Shown: positions 1-8,400, counted from the first letter of the stretch. The stretch: 17,092 nt of DNA from Polyangiaceae bacterium (GCA_044222475.1 JBGANF010000156.1:1-17092), one strand, 5' to 3'. The notes: generated by a model not told the origin, from the letters alone. A program made the numbers and translations.

Positions 1-120
1 GGCGAGGACGCCTTTGGGGTGGGCGTACATTCCGAGCTCGTCGTCGATCGCCACGCCGACGCGGACGTCGCCGAGATCGAGGGCACAGGTGCGGCGCTTG
101 CGACGGATTCGCTTGGGCAC
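1..120 (-). CDS. ruvX: YqgF/RuvX family RNase H-like nuclease (pre-16S rRNA processing / putative Holliday junction resolvase), 5' part only; runs off the window start
   Basis: Manual translation from GTG at 120 gives MPKRIRRKRRTCALDLGDVRVGVAIDDELGMYAHPKGVLA, matching the YqgF N-terminal pattern (ALDxGxxRxGVAxxD...A.P). Not in the ORF track. Divergent from hisS. Confidence 0.85.
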   Translation of the reverse strand, partial: MPKRIRRKRRTCALDLGDVRVGVAIDDELGMYAHPKGVLA

Positions 121-144
121 GACGGCCGTGTCTAGCACACATGA

Positions 145-173
145 TTGACGGCCAAGGACGGGCGGGATACCTC
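145..173 (+). promoter_or_regulatory. Putative sigma70-type promoter of hisS
   Basis: TTGACG (145-150), 17-bp spacer, TACCTC (168-173), 10 nt before the ATG at 184. The ORF-track TTG start at 145 coincides with the -35 box. Confidence 0.55.
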
Positions 174-183
174 ACCTTCGGAC

Positions 184-1503
184 ATGGTCTCGCTGCGCAA
201 GCCGAAAGGCATGAACGACGTCCTCCCGGACGACGTGGCCGCGTGGCACCGGGTCGAGGCGACGTACGCCAAGACCATGCAGCTCCACGGATTTCGTGAG
301 ATTCGGACGCCTCACCTCGAGAGCACGTCCCTCTTCGTTCGCACCGTCGGCGAGGGTACCGACATCGTCTCGAAGGAGATGTTCTCGTTCGTCCACCACG
401 ACGACCCGCTGACCCTTCGTCCCGAAGGCACCGCCGGGGTCGCCCGGGCCTTCGTCGAGCATGGCCTCCACGCAAAGGAGCCTGTGACGCGGCTCTACTA
501 CCTCGGGCCCATGTTCCGGGCGGAGAGACCTCAACGAGGGCGCTATCGTCAGTTCTTCCAGGCCGGGGCCGAGATCTTCGGCGACCCCGGCCCAGCGTGC
601 GACGCCGAGATGATCGACATGCTCGTCGGCTTTCTCCACAAGCTCGGCATCAAGGACGCGCGGGTCTACGTCGGATCGATCGGCACCGAAGGCACCCGAG
701 CGCGCTACAAGGAGAAGCTCCTCGCGTACCTCGAGCCTCGCAAGGGCGAGCTCAGCGAAGACTCGCAGCGTCGTCTCGAGACGAACCCTCTTCGCATCCT
801 CGACTCGAAGAACCCGAAGGATCGCGAGGTCACCGCCGACGCGCCCGCGGTGCTCGACGTCCTCGAGGACTCGACGGCGTGCGCCGCATGCTCGCGCGCG
901 GGACGCCCTTCGACGGCGTCCGCGCCGACTACTACACGCGCTCGACGCGTCCTCGAGGACTCCGATCGCGCGCACTTCGAGCGCGATGCTCAGGATAGGG
1001 TCGACAAGAAGCTCGTCCGCGGGCTCGCCGGCGAGGCGCGACCCCTCGTCGGCGACACCCTCGTCGGCGGAGGTCGCTACGACGGCATGATCGCCGACCT
1101 CGGCGGCCAGCCCACCCCGGCGATCGGGTTCGCCGCCGGCATCGAGCGCCTCATCATCGCGAGCGATTCCAGCGCTCCGGGGCCGGTCGTCGATGCGTTC
1201 GTCGCTCCTCTCGGGGACCGGGCGACGCCCGAGGGCCTGAAGCTCGCGCGCGAGCTCCGTCGCTGCGGCGTAGCCTGCGAGGTCGACGCGCGCGGCTCGT
1301 CGCTCAAGGCGGTGCTTCGCCGCGCCAACTCGCTCGGCGCGCGCGTCGTGCTCATCGTCGGCGATGGCGAGCTCGACAAGAACGTCGTCACCGTGAAGGA
1401 CATGGCCGCCCACGCCCAAGAAGAGATCGCCCGCGAGGTGGTGGTCGGCGTCGTCCACGATCGGCTCGCCGCCGCCGGTGGCGTGCGCGAGGAGAGCGCA
1501 TGA
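184..1503 (+). CDS. hisS: Histidine--tRNA ligase; segment ~858-1069 scrambled, HisA motif disrupted in this sequence
   Basis: PKGMND N-terminus, EIRTP (motif 1), TDIVSKEMF, LRPEGTA, GPMFRAERPQRGRYRQF (motif 2), NPLRILDSK, GGGRYDG (HisB), GFAAGIERL (motif 3) and a C-terminal anticodon-binding domain. ATG 184 chosen over TTG 145 because homology starts at ~KPKGM. Confidence 0.95.
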   Translation: MVSLRKPKGMNDVLPDDVAAWHRVEATYAKTMQLHGFREIRTPHLESTSLFVRTVGEGTDIVSKEMFSFVHHDDPLTLRPEGTAGVARAFVEHGLHAKEPVTRLYYLGPMFRAERPQRGRYRQFFQAGAEIFGDPGPACDAEMIDMLVGFLHKLGIKDARVYVGSIGTEGTRARYKEKLLAYLEPRKGELSEDSQRRLETNPLRILDSKNPKDREVTADAPAVLDVLEDSTACAACSRAGRPSTASAPTTTRARRVLEDSDRAHFERDAQDRVDKKLVRGLAGEARPLVGDTLVGGGRYDGMIADLGGQPTPAIGFAAGIERLIIASDSSAPGPVVDAFVAPLGDRATPEGLKLARELRRCGVACEVDARGSSLKAVLRRANSLGARVVLIVGDGELDKNVVTVKDMAAHAQEEIAREVVVGVVHDRLAAAGGVREESA

Positions 1504-3176
1504 GCCTCCGTCGCTTGGCGTGCGTCGCGGGCGTCGTCGCCGGGCTGTGCAGCTCGAGCGCCGCCCTCGCGCAGAGCGGCCCTCCCCCCGGTCAGGGCGC
1601 GCCGATCCCGGGCACGCAGCAGGCCCAGATCGCGCCGGCCGATCCGCTCCTCGTCACCGACGAGCAGAAGCAACAGATCGGCAGCGACTACGAGGCGGAC
1701 AAGCCTCCGCCGGCGCAGGGCGCGCTGAAGCAGCGCTTCTACGGACTCTACGAGGAGTCCCGCGGCGACTACCGGTTCCGGACGCTGCCGCCGTTCTACT
1801 TCGAGCACACCCGCGGCCTCTTCGATCCGGCCCACCCCGATCGAAAGGAGAGCGTCGACCGCGAGCTCCTCGCTGGGCTCCTCTACTACCAGCGCCGCTC
1901 CGCCAAGCTCGACGCCGACGTGCTCTTCCCGCTGTTCTGGCACGTGCGCAGCGGCGACAGCTACCTCACCGCGATCGGACCGTTCCTCCACCGCGAAGCA
2001 CCGAACGAGACCGACAACTGGCTCGCGCCGCTCTACTTCGGCGGCACGCGCAAGGAGGGCGGCTACTTCCACGCGCCGCTGCTCCTCACGACGTCGTCGT
2101 GGTCGAACGCGAGCGCGTTCACGATCGTCGGCCCGTACTTCCGCGTGAGAAACCAGCTCGACGTCGACGCCGGCATCGCGCCGGTCTACTTCCACGGCGA
2201 AGGCGGCGACGAAGGCGCGCGGAAGAACTACACGCTCATCCCGCCGCTGCTCTTCTATCACCGCGAGAACGAGCTCGACAAAACGAACCTCACGGTCGCC
2301 GGCCCGGTGATCGTCGCGAACAGCCCGTACCGATCGGTGTTCGACATCGCGCCGTTCTTCTTCCACATCCACGGCAAGCCGGAGTCGGGCGGCGTCCGCG
2401 AGACCCACACGACGTTCTTCCCGCTGTTCCACTACGGAAAGACCGACACCGACACGACCGTCGCGACGCCGCTCTTCCTCTATCGCGGGACCGAGACGGC
2501 CTCGACCTTCATCAGCCCGCTCTACTCGCACTTCTCGACCCGCAACGGCGCGACGTCGACGCACCTCGCCGGTCCGGTGCTGCCGCTGTTCTTCCACTAC
2601 CAGGACCACGACGTCGAGCAGACGACGTGGGGCATCGCGCCGCTCTTCTTCTCCAACCAGAGCCACACCCGGAGCGACTTCCTCACGCCTCTCTTCGGTC
2701 GCTTCGAGAAGAAGGGCGTCTCGCGCACGTACTGGGTGTTCCCGACCCTCACCGCGAGCTTCGACGCTCAAGGCTTCGAGACCGACTTCCACCCGCTCGT
2801 CTACGTCGGGCGGAGCGGTGACTCGCGCCACACGGTCGTCGCGCCGATCTACTGGGACTTCTCGAGCCCGCGCGGCCGACAGACGGTGGGCTTCCCCCTC
2901 TTCTGGCGCTTCACCGACACCAGCGACGACTCCGTCGTGCAGGTCGTCGCGAACACGCTCTACACGCAGAAGAAGGTCGCCGGCGGGCTCGACTGGCAGT
3001 TCCACTTCCTCCCGCTGTTCTCGTACGGGCACAGCCCGACCGGGCATTTCTGGAACGTCCTCTTCGGCCTCACCGGCTACGAGCGCAACGCGAACGGCGC
3101 GTTCGTGAAGGCGCTGTGGTTCCCGATCCGCGTCGACGGACCGACCGCCCCGCCGGCCGCGCAAGCGCGCAACTGA
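1500..3176 (+). CDS. Secreted/envelope hypothetical protein with ~25 aromatic 'xP(L/F)(F/Y/W)' repeats
   Basis: 558 aa ORF with high-GC3 codon usage. Sec-type signal peptide (MSLRR...AALA|Q), Pro/Gln-rich linker, then 16-22 aa repeats. ATGA overlap with the hisS stop. Confidence 0.85.
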   Translation: MSLRRLACVAGVVAGLCSSSAALAQSGPPPGQGAPIPGTQQAQIAPADPLLVTDEQKQQIGSDYEADKPPPAQGALKQRFYGLYEESRGDYRFRTLPPFYFEHTRGLFDPAHPDRKESVDRELLAGLLYYQRRSAKLDADVLFPLFWHVRSGDSYLTAIGPFLHREAPNETDNWLAPLYFGGTRKEGGYFHAPLLLTTSSWSNASAFTIVGPYFRVRNQLDVDAGIAPVYFHGEGGDEGARKNYTLIPPLLFYHRENELDKTNLTVAGPVIVANSPYRSVFDIAPFFFHIHGKPESGGVRETHTTFFPLFHYGKTDTDTTVATPLFLYRGTETASTFISPLYSHFSTRNGATSTHLAGPVLPLFFHYQDHDVEQTTWGIAPLFFSNQSHTRSDFLTPLFGRFEKKGVSRTYWVFPTLTASFDAQGFETDFHPLVYVGRSGDSRHTVVAPIYWDFSSPRGRQTVGFPLFWRFTDTSDDSVVQVVANTLYTQKKVAGGLDWQFHFLPLFSYGHSPTGHFWNVLFGLTGYERNANGAFVKALWFPIRVDGPTAPPAAQARN

Positions 3177-3297
3177 TTCCATTGAATGGAACGGCGCGCC
3201 CGTCGATCGGTGCGTCGGAAATCATCGGCGGAACGCGGCCTTGTGCGACGAAGCTGAGAGCGCTTCGAGACCCCCCGCCGACCCCTCATCCATCGCG

Positions 3298-4395
3298 TCA
3301 GGATCGTCCGAGGACCAGGCGGAACACCTCGGTCGCGCGGCGCACGTCGGCATCGGTGGTCGCGTCGCCGAGCGAGAGACGCACGCTGCGCGCGGCGCGC
3401 GAGCGATCGAACATGGCCTCGATCACCGGCGACGGGTCGAGCGTGCCGGCGCTGCACGCGCTGCCGCTCGCGACCGAGACGCCCTCGAGGTCGAACGCGG
3501 CGACGAGCTCGGGGCCGTACCAAGTTGGTACATGAACGTTCGTCACGTGGGGAGCGCGGGCTGCCCGTCCGTTCACCTCGGCCCCGAGAGCCACGAGGGC
3601 GGCTTCCAGGGCATCGCGGAGCTTCGCGACGGCGGAGTAGCGCGCGGGCCCACCGAGCGCGTGACGCGCCGCGACGGCGAAGCCGGCGGCGAGCGCTCCG
3701 TCGAGCGTGCCCGGGCGGATGCCCCGCTCCTGCGCTCCGCCGAGCAGGACGGGCGACAGCTTGGTCCGGGGGAGCACGACCAGCGCGCCGATGCCTTTGG
3801 GTCCGCGGAGCTTGTGCGCTGCGAGGCTCCGCGTCGTCGCGCCGAACGAGACGTCGTCGATCTTCCCGAAGCTCTGCACGGCGTCCACGTGGAACCAGGT
3901 GCCGGGAGCGCGGGTGTTCACGAGCGCGATCGCGTCGGCCACCGGTTGGATCACGCCGGTCTCGTGGTTGACGGACTGCATCGCCACCGCGGCGACCGGC
4001 GCTTCGGCGAGCGCGCGCTCGAGATCGGCGAGATCGACGACACCGTCCGCGGTGACGGCGAGCCACCGCGTGCGCGCGGGGTGCGCTTCGGCGATCCGCG
4101 TCACCGATGGGTGCTCCATGCGCGAGACGAGGATCCGACCGGGTCGCTCGAGCGCGCTGCGGAGCGCGAGGTTGTTCGCCTCGGTGCCGCCCGACGTGAA
4201 CACGACGTCTCGAGCGTCGGCGCCGGCGAGCTCGGCGATCGCGGCGCGCGCTTCCTCGACGAGCTTCGCCGCCGCGCGACCGTCGCCGTGGACGCTCGAG
4301 GGGTTGCCCCACGCGCTCGCGCCGGCGTCGCGCATCGCGTCGAGCACGGCCGGCAAGGGCGGCGTCGTCGCGTTCCAGTCGAGGTAGATGCGCAC
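3298..4395 (-). CDS. Cysteine desulfurase (IscS/NifS-type, PLP-dependent class V aminotransferase)
   Basis: IYLDWNATTP, FTSGGTEANN, EHPSV, HVDAVQ, AHKLRGPKG (PLP lysine), GGAQERGIRPGT, SGSACS (catalytic Cys). Start placed at GTG 4395, just below the upstream stop at 4407; the ORF-track extension to 4668 overlaps the upstream gene. Confidence 0.93.
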   Translation of the reverse strand: MRIYLDWNATTPPLPAVLDAMRDAGASAWGNPSSVHGDGRAAAKLVEEARAAIAELAGADARDVVFTSGGTEANNLALRSALERPGRILVSRMEHPSVTRIAEAHPARTRWLAVTADGVVDLADLERALAEAPVAAVAMQSVNHETGVIQPVADAIALVNTRAPGTWFHVDAVQSFGKIDDVSFGATTRSLAAHKLRGPKGIGALVVLPRTKLSPVLLGGAQERGIRPGTLDGALAAGFAVAARHALGGPARYSAVAKLRDALEAALVALGAEVNGRAARAPHVTNVHVPTWYGPELVAAFDLEGVSVASGSACSAGTLDPSPVIEAMFDRSRAARSVRLSLGDATTDADVRRATEVFRLVLGRS

Positions 4396-4406
4396 GGCGC
4401 CCGTCG

Positions 4407-5921
4407 TCAGGGCTGGAGCGCGAAGCGGACCGCGTGCGCGCCGTCCGTGAAGCGCGCTGCGACGGCGCCGCTCGGCGCCGGGGGCGTCCAGAGCACGCCG
4501 CCGGGGAGGTGGTCGTACGGGAAGAAGTACGCGGTGGCGCGTCCGACCGTCCCGCCGCCGTTCTCCCACGTCATCTCGCGGGGCTCGCCGCGCTCGATCG
4601 AGAGCTCGCGCGACTTGATCGATCCGAGCGTCGCGCCGCCGAAGCCGTCGACGAGGACCGACGCCCACTCGGTGCTCGACGTGCGCTCGCCGGAGAAGTC
4701 ACTCGCGAAGAAGCGGTTGTCGGTTCGGAGCTGCTTGAAGAGCTTGTCGTAGTGGAAGTCGCTGATCCAATCGTTGTTGCAGTAGCCCATGACGTCGTGC
4801 GGAGCGAGCTGAGCCGACGGGGGCAGCGGATCGATCAGCTTGTTGGCGATGGGGTCGTAGCCCCAGACGCCGATCTTCCCTTGCGCGTGGCTCGGATCGG
4901 TCGGGTACGCCGGATCCGGTCCGCCGGCTCCGCCGCACGGCGCGTGGCTCAACCCGTGCGCGTGACCGACCTCGTGGGCGGCCGTCTCCGCGGAGCCGCC
5001 GCCGGTGAACCCGACGCCGACGCTGTACGGTTGCCCGATCGGGCTGAGCCCGGTGATGCAGCCGCCACCGCAGTACGTGCCGAAGCTGTCTCGCGGTGCG
5101 AACGCGCCGTAGTAGTAGACGTCCGGATCGGGCTGATCGGCCGTGCGGAGCTTCCCGAGAGCGTCGAGCACGGTGTTCATCCCCTGCCCGGTCGGGTTGA
5201 TGCCTTGCGCCCACGGCCAGGGATCGCGCACCGAGATCTCGACCGTCGCCGCCGGGTACAGCTTGTAGAAGATCTCGCGGTAGCGCTTGATCTGCTCGTC
5301 GCTCGTGTCGGGCAGGCGGTTCGATCCGTCGGCGCCGTACTGCACCGGGACGATCATGACGCGGAGGCGCTCGCCGCCCTGCTTCGCCGGGAGGTCGGTG
5401 AACGATCCGTCCTGGGGGAACTTCGCCGGGCTCGAGCCACTCGGCGAGCTGCCGCCGTCGGCGTTGAGCACGACGGTGTACACGGAGTTGGGCTGGAGGT
5501 ACGTGCCCGGGATCATCACGTTGATCGTGGTCCCGAGGTCGAACTCCTGCGATGCGGCCGAGATCGTCGTCGTCGCCGAGACGACCTTGGTGAAGCCGCC
5601 GGTCGGCGACTGGTTGACGATCTTCACCCGCGCGGTGATCGCCTTCGGCGCGAAGCCGGCGTCCGGCGTGACGTAGATCCGCATCATGCCGTCGCGGCTG
5701 GCCACGATCGGCAGCGGGATCGATCCGCGATCGGCCACCGCGCCGTCCTTCGCGAGCGGGACCTTGAGCGATTGGAACATCGCGATCTCGCTGATCGTGA
5801 TCCCGGTGGCGACCGGCTGCGTGAGCGCCGTGGGGTCTCCGTCGGAGCCCGACGAGCTACCGCACCCGGCGAGGGCGAGCGTGACGACGGTGACGGAGAG
5901 CGCGATCGATGAAGTGCGCAT
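4407..5921 (-). CDS. Lipoprotein zinc metallopeptidase (metzincin, peptidase M66-like)
   Basis: Lipobox LAGC; HEVGHAHGLSH (HExxHxxGxxH) followed by APCG; Met-turn DVMGY. ATG at 5921 with GGAGG at 5932-5928. M66 subfamily assignment is from recalled motif similarity. Confidence 0.85.
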   Translation of the reverse strand: MRTSSIALSVTVVTLALAGCGSSSGSDGDPTALTQPVATGITISEIAMFQSLKVPLAKDGAVADRGSIPLPIVASRDGMMRIYVTPDAGFAPKAITARVKIVNQSPTGGFTKVVSATTTISAASQEFDLGTTINVMIPGTYLQPNSVYTVVLNADGGSSPSGSSPAKFPQDGSFTDLPAKQGGERLRVMIVPVQYGADGSNRLPDTSDEQIKRYREIFYKLYPAATVEISVRDPWPWAQGINPTGQGMNTVLDALGKLRTADQPDPDVYYYGAFAPRDSFGTYCGGGCITGLSPIGQPYSVGVGFTGGGSAETAAHEVGHAHGLSHAPCGGAGGPDPAYPTDPSHAQGKIGVWGYDPIANKLIDPLPPSAQLAPHDVMGYCNNDWISDFHYDKLFKQLRTDNRFFASDFSGERTSSTEWASVLVDGFGGATLGSIKSRELSIERGEPREMTWENGGGTVGRATAYFFPYDHLPGGVLWTPPAPSGAVAARFTDGAHAVRFALQP

Positions 5922-5923
5922 GC

Positions 5924-6376
5924 TCAACCTCCATCCCCCGGCTCAGGTGGCGGTCCGCCGTCGGTCAGCCCGATGCAGCGACGAACCTTCAGACACTCCG
6001 GCGCGGTGAACAGCGGCAGCGCGCACGGGTTCGCGACCTCGGCGTTTCGACAGGCTTCCCACTCGGTCACGCTCACGGTGTTGCACGCTCCGAGGTACTG
6101 GTCGATGCAGGTGCTCTGATTTGCGACGTTCTTGACGACGAGCCCGCCGTCGCACACCTGGGTCTTGCCGTAGCCGCCGCCGCGGTTCGCGGTCCAATCG
6201 CACAGCTTCTTCCGCTCGGCCGCGGTGAGATCGGCGAGCGTTCGCGGAGGGCTGGCGTCGTCACCGGGATTGACGCCCGACGACGGCCCGACCTGGGGAA
6301 CGTCCGAGTCCTTCGATCCGCAAGCGAAGAAGAGGAACGGAACCGCGCCGAGCACGGCACACGCGATGAAGCGCAT
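5924..6376 (-). CDS. Small Cys-rich lipoprotein, unknown function
   Basis: Probable start ATG 6376 (MRFIACAVLGAVPFLFFA|C lipoprotein signal); 150 aa with 8 Cys after the lipobox Cys. The longer ORF-track extension is a shadow over the desaturase gene. Confidence 0.8.
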   Translation of the reverse strand: MRFIACAVLGAVPFLFFACGSKDSDVPQVGPSSGVNPGDDASPPRTLADLTAAERKKLCDWTANRGGGYGKTQVCDGGLVVKNVANQSTCIDQYLGACNTVSVTEWEACRNAEVANPCALPLFTAPECLKVRRCIGLTDGGPPPEPGDGG

Positions 6377-6420
6377 CTTCTCTACGGTTAGCTGAATGTG
6401 GTTCCGGACGCCACAGTCGC

Positions 6421-7131
6421 TCAGCGTTCTCCTCGCCAGGTCGTCCCGCGCACCCAATCCCACAGTGGTACCGTTACGTTGAAGTTCCACTTTTGCATCA
6501 AGCGCGGATCGTGGTGGAGCGCGTGGTGGCGCTTGAGCTTCTTGATGATCGCGAGCCGGCCGATTGGGTGCGACTCGGGCAGGTGGTACGCGAGGTGAAG
6601 CCACTCGTAGCTCAGCACGTACATCATCGTCGTCGCGACGAAGAAGCAGGCGGCGTTGGCTAGCCCGAAGTGCCAGAGCGCCCACGCCAACGGGACGACC
6701 AGCGCGAGGATCGTGAGGATCCCGTAGGGCGGGATGAGCACGAGGCGCCACTCGCGCCGCGATCGGACCGCCATGTCGTCCGTCATGAAGATGCGATGGT
6801 GGATGGGCGTGTGCTGGTCGTAGAGGAACTGGAGCGGCTTCGTCCGGTGGTGGAGAAAGTGCTTGTGGGCGCGCCACTCGGTGGCGTTCGAGGCGAGGTA
6901 CACGATGGGCACGACCGAGATGTCCATGGCGTTCACGTCGCGCAGGCGCGACAGCGCGACGGCGGCAGCGGCGAGCCCGACGACCGACGGAAAGATCAGG
7001 TGAAACCAGGGCGAGTAGCCCTCGGGGATCTCGGCGACCTTCTCCGCGCGGAACTGGTCGCGCGTGATCTCCTTGCCGTCCCGCACGAGGACGATCGAGT
7101 CGGAGCCGAGCGCGTCGTCCGCCTCACCCAC
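6421..7131 (-). CDS. Fatty acid hydroxylase / sterol desaturase family membrane di-metal enzyme
   Basis: Four His boxes (HKHFLHH, HTPIHH, HLAYH, HHALHH), hydrophobic segments between them, and C-terminal NFNVTxPLWDW.RGT. GTG start overlaps the kinase 3' end by 8 bp. Confidence 0.88.
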   Translation of the reverse strand: MGEADDALGSDSIVLVRDGKEITRDQFRAEKVAEIPEGYSPWFHLIFPSVVGLAAAAVALSRLRDVNAMDISVVPIVYLASNATEWRAHKHFLHHRTKPLQFLYDQHTPIHHRIFMTDDMAVRSRREWRLVLIPPYGILTILALVVPLAWALWHFGLANAACFFVATTMMYVLSYEWLHLAYHLPESHPIGRLAIIKKLKRHHALHHDPRLMQKWNFNVTVPLWDWVRGTTWRGER

Positions 7132-8332
7132 CTTCGCCCTCCGCGCTCTTCGCGACGCTCAGCGCGAACGCGGCTCCGGCGAACGCGACGCCCCCGACCC
7201 GCGCGCCACCGTGGACGCGTACGTCTCCGCCGAGACCGCGCGCGACGCGGCGCGCGATCGCGAGGCCCACGCCGACGCCCCCGTGGGCTCGCGTGGCCGA
7301 GCCGTCGACCTGGCGGAACGGCTCGAAGATGGACTCCCACAGCTCGGGCGGGATGCCCGGGCCGCTGTCGGCGACGAGCACGGCGTAGCTCTGATCACCG
7401 GCCTCGACCGCGACGCCGATGCGCCCGCGCTCGGGCGCGAACTTCACGGCGTTGTCGATGAGCTGACCAATCGCGCGGGTCAGACGATCGACGTCACCGA
7501 ACGCGGGGAGCGGGCCGCGCGGGAGCTGGATGGTCACGTCGACGTGCTTCTCGGCGATGGGGGTGGCGTGGGCGTCGAGCGCGCGCTTCACTGCGTCGAG
7601 GAAATCGTAGTTGCGGTGGAAGAACCGCATGCGACCGGTCTCGAGACCGGTCACGTCGACGAGGTTGTCGAGCGTCGATCGGAGCCGCCGGATGCAGTCG
7701 TCCATCGCGCGGAGCGCCTTCGCCTGAGGCTTCGTCAGATCGCCGAGCTCCTCGTCGATGAGCATGCGGAGGTAACCGACGATGGGCGTGAGCGGCGTCG
7801 CGAGCTCGTGCGAGACGTTGCGATAGAACTCGGTGCGGAGCCGGTCCATGTCGCGGAGACGTTCGTTCGCCGAAGACAGCTCGGCGACCTTCTCCTCGAG
7901 GTGCGCGACGATGCGCCCGCTCTGGAGGCGGAGGCGCTCTCCGGTGGCGTCGGGTCCGGAGGCGAAGGGCTCGCGGTGCCCTTGGAGGAGCTTCTTGATC
8001 TGCGCGCCGAAGACACGCGCGTCGATCGGCTTCTGGACGAAGCCGTCGCAACCGACCGCAGCGCTCGTGTCGCGATCACCCTCGGCCGTGATCGCGACGA
8101 TGGGCACCGAGCGCAGGCTCTCTTCGGCGCGGAGACGCAGCGTCACCTCGTAGCCGTCGAGACCGGGGATGTTCACGTCGACGAGGACGAGGTCGGGGTG
8201 CTCCGACAGCGCGAGCCGGACGCCGGCCAGACCATCGGGCGCGTCGATCACCTCGATCCCCTCGGCGGTCAAGAGCTTGCGCACGAGGAGGCGGTTCCGA
8301 GGATCGTCCTCGATGTGAAGCACCCGCGACAT
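7124..8332 (-). CDS. Cytoplasmic hybrid histidine kinase (N-terminal receiver + HisKA + HATPase_c)
   Basis: Receiver (IEDD, PDLVLVD, AITA, QKP), coiled coil, H-box SHELATPLT, N-box LIDNAVKF, G1 DSGPGI, F-box IFEPFRQ, G2 GGVGVGL. No transmembrane segment. Confidence 0.93.
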   Translation of the reverse strand: MSRVLHIEDDPRNRLLVRKLLTAEGIEVIDAPDGLAGVRLALSEHPDLVLVDVNIPGLDGYEVTLRLRAEESLRSVPIVAITAEGDRDTSAAVGCDGFVQKPIDARVFGAQIKKLLQGHREPFASGPDATGERLRLQSGRIVAHLEEKVAELSSANERLRDMDRLRTEFYRNVSHELATPLTPIVGYLRMLIDEELGDLTKPQAKALRAMDDCIRRLRSTLDNLVDVTGLETGRMRFFHRNYDFLDAVKRALDAHATPIAEKHVDVTIQLPRGPLPAFGDVDRLTRAIGQLIDNAVKFAPERGRIGVAVEAGDQSYAVLVADSGPGIPPELWESIFEPFRQVDGSATRAHGGVGVGLAIARRVARGLGGDVRVHGGARVGGVAFAGAAFALSVAKSAEGEGG

Positions 8333-8400
8333 CTCCCACCATATAGCAAAGTGATTGTGCCTTTACTTGTGGCGACTTCCGGCTACTTTTCCTACCTCGC
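8333..8400. promoter_or_regulatory. Divergent promoter region between the hybrid kinase and the FKBP gene run
   Basis: 68-bp, relatively AT-rich gap between divergent starts. TGCTATAT on the minus strand ahead of ATG 8332; TTTACT-16bp-TACTTT (8362-8389) on the plus strand ahead of ATG 8401. Confidence 0.5.

Noticed and set aside
1..120. Basic N-terminus MPKRIRRKRR suggesting ribosomal protein L32
   Set aside because: The following residues (ALDLGDVRVGVAIDD) match YqgF/RuvX, not L32.
597..998. 133-aa ORF containing DYYTR as an independent gene or programmed frameshift product
   Set aside because: Only 873-941 is HisRS-like. The fragments are in the wrong order, so no simple frameshift could restore the protein.
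3177..3297. Possible tRNA/ncRNA or intrinsic terminator in the convergent gap
   Set aside because: No cloverleaf or T-loop signature, and no hairpin followed by a U-tract.
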